NCBI GenBank assembly: GCA_963810095.1
Contig: CAWEMM010000011.1
Location: 128,001-192,000 of the forward strand
DNA from: an uncultured Chloroflexia bacterium
Lineage (GTDB): Bacteria > Chloroflexota > Anaerolineae > CG2-30-64-16
DNA length: 64,000 bases
Direction of reading: 5' to 3'
Under the pieces are notes generated by a model. The model saw only the letters and a list, made by a program, of their open reading frames with translations, made no database searches and was not told the DNA's origin. Numbering within the stretch: the stretch's first letter is position 1; every line of letters begins with the position of its first letter. This document shows, one piece after another, positions 63,933 through 64,000 of the stretch. Position numbers and translations under genes: made by a program.

Positions 63933-63981
63933 CAAACCGGTTTGATTCTTCCATGATAGTGCAAACCGGTTTGAGTGTCAA
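63933..63981 (-). promoter_or_regulatory. Sigma70 promoter with two LacI-type operators
   Basis: TTGACA(63981-63976)-17-TATCAT(63958-63953), with perfect palindrome CAAACCGGTTTG at 63962-63973 (spacer) and 63933-63944 (downstream of -10). Confidence 0.85.
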
Positions 63982-64000
63982 GGCGCGACAGAAAAATGAC

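Overview
High-GC bacterial DNA, most likely from a Chloroflexota (Anaerolineae/Caldilineae-like) genome. This is inferred from YLPL-motif surface proteins, Thr-Pro linkers, AGAAACC..GGTTTCT palindromes and gene order. Many genes, including rimM, ftsH and dprA, are broken by single-base indels, which points to long-read assembly errors rather than real pseudogenes. 1-16.7 kb: 3' end of an NRPS cluster, (A)-T-C-A[Asn]-T-C-A[Tyr-like]-T-C-A[Tyr-like]-T-TE, followed by a sulfotransferase, MFS exporter, type II thioesterase, MbtH, PPTase and a pentapeptide-repeat protein. 16.9-30.8 kb (minus): ABC ATPase, FtsX-type permease and membrane-fusion lipoprotein, then three large secreted repeat proteins. 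31-44 kb: UroD/MtaA-family protein, P-type ATPase, glcF with an apparent glcD-glcE fusion, dgt, hypothetical proteins and an M24 peptidase. 44-57 kb: core block ffh-rpsP-khpA-rimM-dprA-(Man-1-P guanylyltransferase)-topA-xerC, a CBM48 protein, and ftsH with a site-2 protease. 57-64 kb: a stand-alone corrinoid protein divergent from a degenerate GroEL-like gene coupled to a cytoplasmic Asp-box beta-propeller and hemD, then an amidohydrolase and a LacI regulator with twin operators. The best novelty candidates are the pseudo-chaperonin/propeller/corrinoid module, the sulfotransferase-linked Asn-Tyr-Tyr NRPS, and a giant adhesin whose DUF11-like domain appears split around a ~1200-aa insert.
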